DNA of 64,000 bases from Bigelowiella natans CCMP2755 (taxonomy: Eukaryota; Protista; Cercozoa), in contig ADNK01001322.1 of NCBI GenBank assembly GCA_000320545.1, positions 1-64,000 of the forward strand, in the 5' to 3' direction. Numbering within the stretch: the first letter of the stretch is position 1; each line of letters begins with the position of its first letter. Position numbers and translations under genes: made by a program. Below are positions 42,935 to 54,354 of this stretch, in pieces. The notes under the pieces are model-generated. The model was given only the letters and a program-made list of their open reading frames with translations, searched no databases and had not been told where the DNA came from.

Positions 42935-43372
42935 TTTAGACATTTCTTTACATCCGTCTTATCTAGTTATGAGGGTGACTGGCCATTGGTATATTGGGAA
43001 AATTAATTTATTCATGCATCCGTCTCACTATATAGGGCTAGAGGGCCTTACTATAACTAGCTTGGCCGAGCAAAAATTCGATTTTACATTGCGATAGATA
43101 TAGTTGTTTTGCGAACGCGCACCAGCAGCGAGATACGATCGATTGACTAAGCACTGCAATTTGTTCGCGCATGATTATTTCTATTGTGCGACTATATTGT
43201 GCGACTATACACACACTCTGTGACAAGGAAGCACACATAGTTCGTAGGGGAGTTGCGACGCTGATGAGTTGCGATACTAAATTTAAGTTTGTTATCATGC
43301 TAATGTTCCACGTACTCACATCGCATTGGGATCAGAGTTCATCATTACTTCGATAATTTGACGCTTTGGAGC

Positions 43373-44256
43373 TCAGGATTCTTCTGCCCATTTGTTCTCT
43401 GCGCGAACAGCTTCTTCCTCCTCTGAAAATTACTCTGTAAGGATATGACTTTTTATTCATGAATGAAAGCTGACCTGGTGTGAAATCATTTTGGATGTGG
43501 AATAACTTTCTGATTTGCTCCGGAGTTTTACCTGAGTACCGCATTAGGTGTGTTTAAAATAAAAATTACATTTTTTCGAGAACAATTTTCCGACCTTTGA
43601 TCATACTAGCAACTTTAGCGCACGTCAATTCAAGTAGGGGTTTAATATCCATGTAATTTGCAGCCTGTGAAAATACAATAATTAGAATAGAGAAGGCGAG
43701 AAAACATTGAGAAGCTACCAGAATTAGCTCGAAGAGTACATCTTGGGGGACATCAACAAAGTGGGCATCCCACTCGGTGGTGACGTCGGACATATTTGCG
43801 GATTTCAGGGGTTTCTCAATTTCTTTTGGAGCAGTGTCTGTGTGGTATTGCATGTAAGCAATAACTTTGCGAAGAATAGATCCTTTGACATTTGGAAGGG
43901 GAATTTCTGTTGATTCCTTATCTGCAAGGTATCAGATTATTGTTGTTAGAGCATCGCAATCGCGGAATTAATGGTGAGAGATAGTGCCATATCCCACCCA
44001 CTTTGAACATGCTGAGTTTTTAACAAATATGCGCAGAAATTTGTAGACATATTTCTTAAATCATCGTCGCACCTCCTTCTACGACAGTCTTCACTAAGGT
44101 GGACATAATGGCTGTCTTCTTCTGAACTGGATATCCCTTGCATCCTTTGTCCTGTGACTTGAGAATGAGTTTATCATCTTCAATCTCGTCATCAAGCCCA
44201 AGGGGTTCCTGTTTTGTATCCTTGTCTTCTTTCTTAAAGTGCTTAGAGTCTTCCAT
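43373..44256 (-). CDS. SKP1: Skp1, SCF ubiquitin ligase adaptor
   Basis: LILKSQD, EIPLPNVKGSILRKVIAYM, WDAHFVDVPQDVLFELIL|AANYMDIKPLLELTCAKVASMIKG|KTPEQIRKLFHIQNDFTP|EEEEAVRAENKWAEES. Confidence 0.96.
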
Positions 44257-44517
44257 GGGTTGTGGTGGGCTGCGTAAAGATCAAGCGGGGTCCTCAACCT
44301 TTCACTAACTGCTTTCAGATTAATTCTCCACGCAAGGGCGAGAGGTTGACACACATTATACGAAAAAAGCCCATAATAATTGTCGTCTATATTTCGAAGA
44401 CATAAAATCTAGACGAATTTTGGTACGACCGAAAGACTGCGCTGTTTATTATTGCTGAACCTATGTGGGCATTTTCAACTCACAGATTGTGCCTGGCTTA
44501 ATTTGAAGCCCTCATTA

Positions 44518-46013
44518 ATGTTGGACGACAGAATCAAATGGAGAAGATCTGAAGAATATAGCCAATTTTTTCCAAAGTCAGCTGACAATTTTCTTCGTAA
44601 GAATCTGAAACTTCCAAAGCCTGCCAATACAAAGAGTTTTCTGGAAGGTATTTGAAAGATGATATATCAAAACTATAGTATGTACATAGATTACGACATC
44701 GAATGATATCGATTTATGTACATGTGTTGGTACCATTTCTGTGATGAATGACGACAATAGAATCTGATAATTTTACATTGCGTCGAAGTTTACTTTTCGC
44801 TTCATTTTCCTGGGCTTGCAGGAGATTTTGGGTATTTAATGTGCCTTGGTGAGGGATTTCAAATAATTTGGCGCATTTTGAAGAAAGTTCCGAAACAGAG
44901 CGCATAATTTGCTCCTAGTCTTTCTCAGAGTCACCGAAAACCGCAACAAGGTAGGCAATCACATGGCAGCTTCGACACCGACAGAACATCTTATTTTCGA
45001 TGCGGAATTTTAGTCCAACTAGCCAGTTCTTGAAACCTAGCCGGTTAAAAATGTGTTGACATTTTATCCTAAATAATAGTACGAATAACAAAATAAACCA
45101 ACAACTACAAACAACTACCAACAACTACGACTACCGTTCGGTATACTCGTACCTCGGTTGGGACGGAACCACGATGGCTGATGATTGCCAGAACGACGAC
45201 GTATTTAACATCAGCATCAGCATTCCTTTCAAGAGATAGCGTGGTAACTCATGCATTTGTTTCCTACATTTTCCAGAATGACAACGATACACCCAGGGCT
45301 GGTTAGCTTTGCACAATGCACAATGAAAACGATGTCGACAAGTAAACGCACGAATGCTTTCGTTTTCAATGCACATTTAGTTGATATCTTCAAAGTCATC
45401 TCCAAAAATTGTCGTACCTGTACACGCATAGATCATTCCCAACCCGCATCGTCTTCAATGAAGGTCTCAGCTCTCGGCAAGGTGACAACTCGTAGCTTTG
45501 TGCTCATGTGCAATTTGAGGTCCAATTTGTGTTTTTTGATCATCCATTTGTTACCTCGACACGTAACTTTCAAAATGGGAGAAACGGGATAGATCCTCCT
45601 CATCCTCACCTTGCGGGAAAAAGTCAAGTGTTTTTCATGGAAACATCCGAAGCGCAGAATGCATGTGCGAAGACAAGGATGACATTGTGCAAGATTCGCA
45701 TTTTGACATGAGGAGCATTCAACAGCAACTGCACTTCAAATTGATGCCCAAAGTTCAAGACAACGATGACAAAAGAAAAGGCAATGTCTCGATAGATGGA
45801 CAGTCTTGTTCGGCCAAACCAATGCAAAGTGCAGCCGAAGAGAGAAAAATGGACAGAAGTGATGAAGTGAAGGAAGTCGATGCCTTCAACTTTTTGGCCA
45901 TGTTTCTTTCGGAGCGTTCATCAACAGCACATGAAGAAACTCCTGGAGTGTTGGAAGTCAGTGAAAGGTCGATGAAAATCATGGACAATTTGATTGGCGC
46001 ATTTGGAACCTGA
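44518..46013 (+). pseudogene. Hypothetical multi-exon gene or decaying gene; its last exon lies inside a TpA-erased island
   Basis: Short exon-like blocks bounded by AG/GT from 44518. Terminal ORF 45663-46013 (116 aa) has no Tyr and is Met-rich. Divergent from Skp1 at about 260 bp. Confidence 0.4.
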
Positions 46014-47130
46014 GACTGGCCACTTGTTCGTTTGTTCCATGTGCCACTGTCTGTCGGTGGTGAACACTGTGTCCACATTACGTTTTGTCCACCATGCAAC
46101 TTGCGCAAGCTGCACACAGTGTGCACAGCTAGATGGCAGCGTGCATGGACTCGATGCTGAGCCATGTTGGCGCGTTGTCATTGCCAATGCACATGGTGCG
46201 TCACAGCCGCAGCACAGCAGCAGCAGTGCGTGACAGGACACAATGTCCACATGACAGGCCGCGCACACATGCAACAAAGGTCACAGAGCTAGAGAGAGGC
46301 ATTCATGTGCGACGCATGAGACGTGCGTGCTAGCGTGTGTGCCACGTGCATCTCTGGACCTGCTGGCCTGTCCCTGCTAGCCTGGCTGTCCAGCTAGCAC
46401 AACTGTGCCATGTGTCCGCCCGGTGCACCTCTGGATCTCTGGATCACAATCTGGCAGCCCGGCATCGCATCGCATGTGGCTGGGCGTGCGTGGCGCAGGG
46501 GCTGCCTGTGGCCTTGATTGGGCACTTGCTAGCTTGGCCGGCGGCGCACGCGCGATGGCACGTCTCTGGGTCCAGACGTGAGAGGCGAGGCCAGGGGTGT
46601 GGCACGTGTGGCACGGCTGCACAGCAGCATTTTGGTGTTGCGCCACGCCAGCACGCCTTTGCACAACAACCTCGTGAGCCAGCAACAAGTGGCGAAGAAA
46701 AAGAAGCAAAAGTGGGTCACTCAACACAACACGCTGCACTTTTCTGGTTTTGTCCCTCGCAGCTTGCTGGCTTGTTCCGATCCGCCACTTCACCAAATTT
46801 TCAAATTCTTCAGAACGAATGAGGTTGCGAATGTGGTGCATCGTGTCTCTTTCCAGTCGTCCCGCTTTCACTTGGAGCTCAGAGCACTGAAAAGGAAGCA
46901 TGGAAGTGATTTCGTTGGAGCGCCAAAAAGCGGTCGAAGGGATCGTGAGACACAGTGACTCGTCTGTGTCCTCCCCCGAAAACAACTGGAGTACCAAGAA
47001 AAGTTGAGGATGATTGGACTGTGTTGACTCCCTGTGCAAGAGTCAACTTTCAAGATTCGTGTTCATTTGGCACAGCTGGCCTGCCGAGGTGTGTGTTGAT
47101 GGTGTTGCGACATGGAAGGAGCAACGGTTT
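45595..47130. other. TpA-erased island 2
   Basis: Manual count: 6 CTAG and 3 other TA in about 1.5 kb. Confidence 0.9.
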
Positions 47131-47282
47131 CAGGTATCAGAATCCGAAGCAAACACTAAGATACCAAAAGATGTCTTGAGAAAGAGACATGCGACTAATC
47201 ATAGATAGCATTTATTGGCATAAAAAGGACCATAATCTGACCCACATCTATCAAAATAATCTGAATTCCATTTGGACAAGAA

Positions 47283-48485
47283 ATGACCGCTCGCCTTCTC
47301 TTCGTGGCGGTCACCGTCCTGGCCGTCTCCTGCGTAAGCCTGAAGGTCAAAGACGGGAGGACGCTGCTAGGTTGCACCGTTTGCAAGGGTGTAGCTGCTG
47401 GCCTGGACAAGTTTGCTGCAAATGAATCCAGGGTCTCTAATGTTTGTTACATCGCCATTTGGACCACCCTGTGTCTTACCTAGCCCTTTCTCGTATGTAC
47501 GTACACAGGTGGAAGCTGTGATTGAGAAATGGCAACAAGGCTGCCATCATAAGTTTCCAGAGCACCCCAAGTTGTGCGACTCACTCGTGAAATCAACGGT
47601 GAACACACTGCCATGGATTCACAAGCAGCTCACAACCTTGGCCTGGGAAATCCCAGAGGTAATAATAGCACTTCCTTATTCTGCCTCAACATGATTTATT
47701 CACTTACTTGGATAATGGTCGAAGGCTTTCTGCTCCGTTTTCATCCCAGCTTGCAGTATCGAGTGCTGCCAGACAGAATATGAACCAGAGCAACTGCGCC
47801 TCTCATTCACGGAGCAGGGCTTAGATACGATGAGAGTCTCTTGGTAGTACGCAAAACACAGAACTTTCTTGAAATAAGCGACAATTTTGAAATTGTACGT
47901 TTATATTTTGTTCGTCGTTTATCTAGGTCAACCCTGTTGGCTACCCCGACTTCAAGCGTAGAATGGTGGCCTGCTGCTGCTGGGCCCAAACCGCCATTAA
48001 AGGTCACAGCACGAGGATCTAACCACACCTATACGACCGGGGGCTGGAGAGGACAGGTACAGCGATCTCGTGCATATTTTAAAGAAACTTTCCGCTCATA
48101 TGGGAAATGCTCTTAAAAAACATTCCGCTCAATTTGGATATGCGTTTATACGCAGATCCACACGGCGGTGATGACAAATCTGGCCTCTAATACGACGTAT
48201 TCGTACCGTGTCGGCGATAACGTAACCGGATGGAGTGATGTACAGATGTTTCGCACTTTACCAAAAGACGTGGGAAGAGGCAAAGAGAGACCCCTTCGAA
48301 TCGCGCAGGTAGGAGACATGGGTTACGGGAACAAGTCGGACTCCACTATCAAAGAGCTCACACGCTTGGCGAGAAATGGCTTAATCGATGCGGTACTTAT
48401 TCACTAATATTTCGGGAGTCTTGATTACAGTGAGACCGTATTTTCTTGATGAGCAAGCCAGGCGTTACTTCAAAATATGTCGGAA

Positions 48486-48529
<44 letters not shown>

Positions 48530-49623
48530 ACCACAACAATCACACCAAAATGAAGACCCACACTCACGCATGATACACCACCCAGTCAATATCACTCACT
48601 GCTTGTTGCTCTCTTGTGTTGACTGCATGCTGCGTTAGGTTCTCCACAATGGTGATGTCGGGTATGCCGACGGATATCAGAGGCACTGGGATGTGTTTTT
48701 GAGAAAAATCGAACCCATTTCTTCCCGAGTACCTTATCTCACTGCTCCAGGAAACCATGAGTTCTGGTATGGCTGCTGCATACATACATACATACATACA
48801 TACATACGTACGTACATACATGGCACTACCCAAGAAGATGATCACCTTTGCACTACATTGCATAAAAACGTTGTGGTTGCTCATTCTCCTCCCTCTGTAT
48901 TTGATTGTACTATCACCCATCATCATGGTAGCATTTGTTCTCCGCACAATATAATGATGTATGATGTGTGACGATAGGTTCAATTTTTCCGCCTACAAGT
49001 CTCGTTTCCAGATGCCGATGTACGAGCAGTACGACAGCATGCACTGGTCAGTGGATGTTGGGCCATTGCATCTTGTGGTTCTTAACACCGAGTCTGTCCT
49101 CGACACCTCAAATCTTAAGCCCGAGCAGCTTCAATGGCTAGCAAGGGATCTTGCCGAGGCCACCAACGCATCGAGACGCAAAGATGTTCCTTGGATTGTA
49201 ACATCTGGCCATAGACCTTTCTACTGTTCTGACCACAACAAGGAGCAGTGCGGTTACTTTGCCGCATGGCTACGACTTCTTGGAGAGGCTTCCTTGACGT
49301 CACACCACGTCGATTTGGTCATCCAAGCTCATGAGCACAACATGCAAAGGTCATATCCGCTCAAATTCTCGAAAACAACATCGAAGTCCTACGTTAACCC
49401 CGATGCACCGGTATATATCGTCTCTGGAGCTGCCGGGAACCGCGAGCACAACTCCCATCCTGGTAACAAGACTTGGCTCGCCTGGTCAAGTTCCGAAATT
49501 GGATATTCCGTCGTTGAAGTTGTCGGGTCAAAGGACAAAGATATTACGAACTCTTTGGGCTTCTCTTTCTATCGATCATCGGATGGAAAAGTACTTGATC
49601 ATTTTGAAATTGTGAAGACGTAG
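47283..49623 (+). CDS. Secreted saposin-B domain + purple acid phosphatase (ACP7-like) fusion
   Basis: Signal peptide, six-Cys saposin pattern (CTVC...GC...LC...FC...AC), PAP N-domain PEQLRLSF...MRVSW, and metal motifs GDMG, GDVGY, GNHE, TSGH and AHEH. Confidence 0.88.
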
Positions 49624-50495
49624 TAGTTGTAGTAGTAGTTGTAGTAGTAGTGTGGTCAATGCGAGTCTTGTCATTTTATTCATCTACAGCCAATACTACA
49701 TAGTCGCATTATTTTAAATTTCGGCTTCAAAGCTCAGCCGCATTATTGCACGCAATTGTATGCTGGTCCCTGCACCATAGCTAGTAGCATGATACATCCT
49801 CCATGCATGTGCTAGTACATGCTATCTGCTGTTGATTCAGATATGTATTGTTATGTGCTAGCTAGAGCTCGCTTCTTAGTGGCTACTACGCATCGTCACG
49901 CCGATATCACAGCATATTACCCATGGACATTAGCAGCAGCAGTACCATATACTGCTGAGATTAACTGTTTACAGTTTCACTTGTCGCTGCTATGGTTTAT
50001 GTTCATAGAGCTATTGGAGGGGCGAAATCGACTGGAGGACGCAGACACTAAAGGCATGACTTGTGGACTAGACGAGCGCATAGCAGCTTAATCATTAGTT
50101 TTAGCGCAACATTGCTACTGACAATTCCCAATGGTGCTCTGGGAATTAAGCACTTCGGCCATGAGTTGCTAGCTAGCTAGACTTGTTACACCATTTGTCA
50201 ACGTCGATCTAGCTCGATCGACGTCATCACGGCCTGCGACATGCCATGCTAGCACGGCGGCTGTCCAATGGCGCATCATCTGAAGCTAATGCAGCTATGT
50301 AGCCGAAGCATTGCACAGTCACATGAACATGTGAATTGAAAAGATTCATTGCACCCGTCTCACGTAGTCGTGCATTGCACACATGCTGGGGAGCATGTGT
50401 GCAAACAGTCGACAACATGGCAGGGTCATGCATACTTCAATGATCTCTGCATATATATCACACAACATCTTGCCCGTGATCATATCATTTGAAAT

Positions 50496-50856
50496 CTAGT
50501 AATAATACGCTCCATTTTCCTCAGATTCGGGATCAATATCCTCCGCCCCATAGTCATCGACGACTCGCTCATAATTCACAGAACCAGATTCATCTTCTTT
50601 TACAAACGCACGTGGGAAAATGTTTGAAACTTTAAATATGTTCCTGCACCATAAGCAGAGGAATAATGTCACGACTAGACTCCCTAATATGGCTCCTACG
50701 AGCAAGAATATTTGCCCTTCCGAAAACGAGGATTTCTTGTTATTGCCAGGATCTCCGTCTGAATGGTTTGCCGAGGCAGAACTTAGTGCTGCAAATCCTA
50801 CCCTGTGTTTATTGATTAATAGATTAATTTGTATTTGCAATTAGTATAGACATTAC

Positions 50857-50894
<38 letters not shown>

Positions 50895-52241
50895 ATATAA
50901 TATATACATATATTGATACATAGGAACATGTATGTGAGTGTGTATGTACGGAAAAAACACACAATACTACAGAAAATGAGATTGCAAAATTCGCTGCTTC
51001 TTCTGTAGTAGGAGTACCTCATTCTCTCTTTGTCGAAAAGAGTATAGTACTGCCGTAGGAATGTGTCTCCGAGGACAACTTCTTGGCTGCTATTGCTCAA
51101 GCCTATACCTGGTAATTATTATGATGATGGTGATGATGATGATGATGATGGTTGTGATGACGATCAATTTAAACGAAAAAAAGGAGCATTTGCATGCAAT
51201 CTCTGATACGATTGTTGTAACTCATTATTTCCGTGATGATGTTATTGCAATGTTCTTACCAAGCTGAAAGTATGACGACTGAGCATTCTCCTCCTCATCA
51301 TCTTGCAGCTCGAGGAATAATTTCTCCGCTGTAATAGTTAATGTGACCAGATCTCCCCGGTGATGATCGCCGAGAAAAATAGACAGAGAGGGGAGAGCGG
51401 TTAAGTTCGTGGAGTGCTGGCAAATAAAGGCTGATGAAGAATTGCCATCATCGGAGCCTATCTCGAAGTCGCATCCACCAGAAGCACTATCGTTCATCTA
51501 GTTTAACAATACACACACCACATATGCTCTACATCACTGACTCCATAGCTGCAAACACAATATAATATATTAAATATATGATATATCACCACAGTGGCTG
51601 CTTGAAAATGACAAACATCAGCACCCATCATCACGGATTTGTCGCTCTATCTATAGTTCCAACATACAGACTTAACTACATCGCAACATCGACATTCAAA
51701 ATCTTCGTTTATATTGCCCAAAGTGCTAAAAGCTTTCATAGTCTCTGTGTTGCGACTTACATGCTGAAACAACTTTATTCCCTGATCCATCGGCAAGATA
51801 ATGAGTGAAGTCCCTGAATCCAGGAACGTTTTTGAGCAATTTCTCAAAATCTCCTGGTCTCCAAGCTTCATTGACATCAAATGAACGCCCCAAAAGTTAT
51901 ACCTTTTTAAGATCAACGGGCATAAGAACCAATATGGCAAAAGGCAGTCCGATGAGGGGCCTTTCCAAGACAGATTATAGTAGTACTACTAGGAGGAAGA
52001 GGAGGAGGAGGAGGAGGATGAATTGTACCCAAGAGAGTCGCCATATTTAGTCTCGGAAACGTCTACATAACTGATTGGGCGGCTGCCAAGGATCTCTGAA
52101 TCGTAGCTTTTGTTCCGAATATAGATAGATAGATAGACCGGCAGAATGCATCAGCATCAGCCAAATACACTTCTTCTGCTGTCAAGATTGTACAGCAGAA
52201 CGACAATACTACTGCTACTACTAATTATGATAGTAATAATA

Positions 52242-52278
<37 letters not shown>

Positions 52279-53006
52279 GCTCTCTGTATATTTAATGAAG
52301 AATATACAACAAGGATATTCTATCTGTACACGTACCCTCCAAATGTGATCGAGGATCCGTTTTCCGACGACACCAAGAACAAGGAGAATGAGTTTTGTAT
52401 TTGAAGCTAAGTTAAATATATCGAAGTAACCCAGAGGAGGAGTAGGAGAGGAGGGAGGGGTGGTGGTGTGAATTAAGATGAAACGCAAAATTGCTTTTCA
52501 TTTTGCGATTTTTCATCAAAATCGCCCTACTCAGCAACTGCTTCGAGAAAAATTGAAAGCACGAGCGTACAACGGGTAAAATGACGATAAACTACAAAAT
52601 TCTTCCTCGAAGACCTGATTTGTTAGCAACTCATATGGTGCGTGCTTTGTGTATACAGCCAACGGGGGAAGGCCTAGACCAAGAACGCCTATATTTCACA
52701 TGAACATCGTAAGCCAGGAAAAGAGGACGAGGAGCAGAAGGAGAAGGAGGGAGAGTGAAAAGGGAAAAAACAACAGATGTAAAATCTTGCTTTTTACCAT
52801 CGCAACCCAAGCCTGACAATTTGGACGCGTATCGAGCATTTCCCATCCTTCGCAATAGATTTTCATATAGAAGTAGTTTTTGAGATTATGAAACACTAAA
52901 TTGCAAGTATTTTTTTGGAAGTAAGAAGGTAGAGGATGAATATAGACTTACTTTTTAAATAAGACGGTACGTATGGTTAGTGAGACAGAGAGAGGCAGGG
53001 AGAGAC

Positions 53007-53051
<45 letters not shown>

Positions 53052-53164
53052 CGAACTCACGTTACTGGTGTTGAAATACTAACACCCCCAATATCGAGCC
53101 TAAATTAGAAAGCAAGAAGGATATCAATCACTATCTGAAATAAGAAGAATCTACATATACTACA

Positions 53165-53198
<34 letters not shown>

Positions 53199-54053
53199 AC
53201 AGCACCTATCTTCGAATATGGTGCCGAGAACATAGCTTCCATCTCCATATGAATCAAGATAGTCACTTGTCCCCCCGCATGATGAGCAACTATCTGTGTA
53301 CGTACTTGAACGATCCTGGAGGAAGGTAGTATATATGCACGTACGTGCGTAGAGTTGGGATGATGATGATGATGATGTTTGGCGTCTTGCAGGTAAAGGT
53401 ATGCTAATAATTACTTGATAGAATCGTCGAATCCCGCCACATCCATCGCAGTCGGAGGCTACAATACATTTCCGGTTAGCAAAAGAAAATCAGAGTGGTG
53501 TGTATGAACGAGAAATAAGAATGATGCATTACCCGAGATCCATAGATCTGAGGAGCCCGTGTCCAACTGCACCTCCTGCTCCTGCTCGCCAAGAATAAGA
53601 ACGGAAGAGAATCAGACGACTTAATTATGGAAGAAGAAGAGCGAACAGTGTCAACACTGTTGCTGCAACAACCTGCGGTGGCGTTCCAACTCCGATTCTC
53701 ATCGTGTAAAGCAAGCCACCCTAAATGGTAGAATTAGTAGCCGATTTGCGTAGATGATTAATTTTGTGATATTCGACTGGAGATAATGATGATCAAAAGA
53801 ATGATGATTCACTCACTCTGAGATTTTGTACTGGAATCTGAAATTTGGTTACTAATGCTCCCTTATTCTTTTGCCGTCCATTTGTCGATGACAGAATGCT
53901 AGGTTGTTGAGCAGTGTCCCTTCTTCGTGACATTGCAACAGTTACCACCACTTTGTTCTCCATGCCTGCTGCTGAGCCATCGGCACTTACGCCGCGGCTT
54001 AAGACATGGAGAGTGAACAGAAGTAGCGAATGCAACTGGAAAGTACTCCTCAT
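50496..54053 (-). CDS. Type I membrane pepsin-like (A1) aspartic protease
   Basis: Signal peptide MRSTFQLHSLLLF, VQLDTGSSDLW, DGVLGLG, FLDSGTSLI, VVLGDTFLRQYYTLFD, VGFAA and C-terminal TM IFLLVGAILGSLVVTLFLCLW. Confidence 0.9.
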
Positions 54054-54160
54054 TGATGTTTCTCCACTTCACGATCTGGAGAACAAGCTGTCTCAGGAAC
54101 AAGCAGACTCCCATTTCCCGCACTCCATCTCAACTTCCCATTCTCTCATTCTCTCTCTCT

Positions 54161-54212
<52 letters not shown>

Positions 54213-54354
54213 AACTATGATCGATTTACCGTGAAATTCCTCAGCAAGGAGGGACCTAGGCATGAGTGGCTAATGGTTCCGAAGGAATGTGATTCTCTTC
54301 GGTTGTGTGTTCCCGTTTCGCAATCCCCCCTGCCATTTCCTTTCTGCGACTACC

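Noticed and set aside
43022-43040. CTCACTATATAGGG resembling a T7 promoter or vector contamination
   Set aside because: It has an extra TA and lacks the TAATACGA half; chance match.
46337-47039. Long overlapping ORFs (161, 220 and 126 aa) in island 2
   Set aside because: TpA loss removes TAA and most TAG stops. The ORFs occur in several frames, lack Tyr and have no domain.
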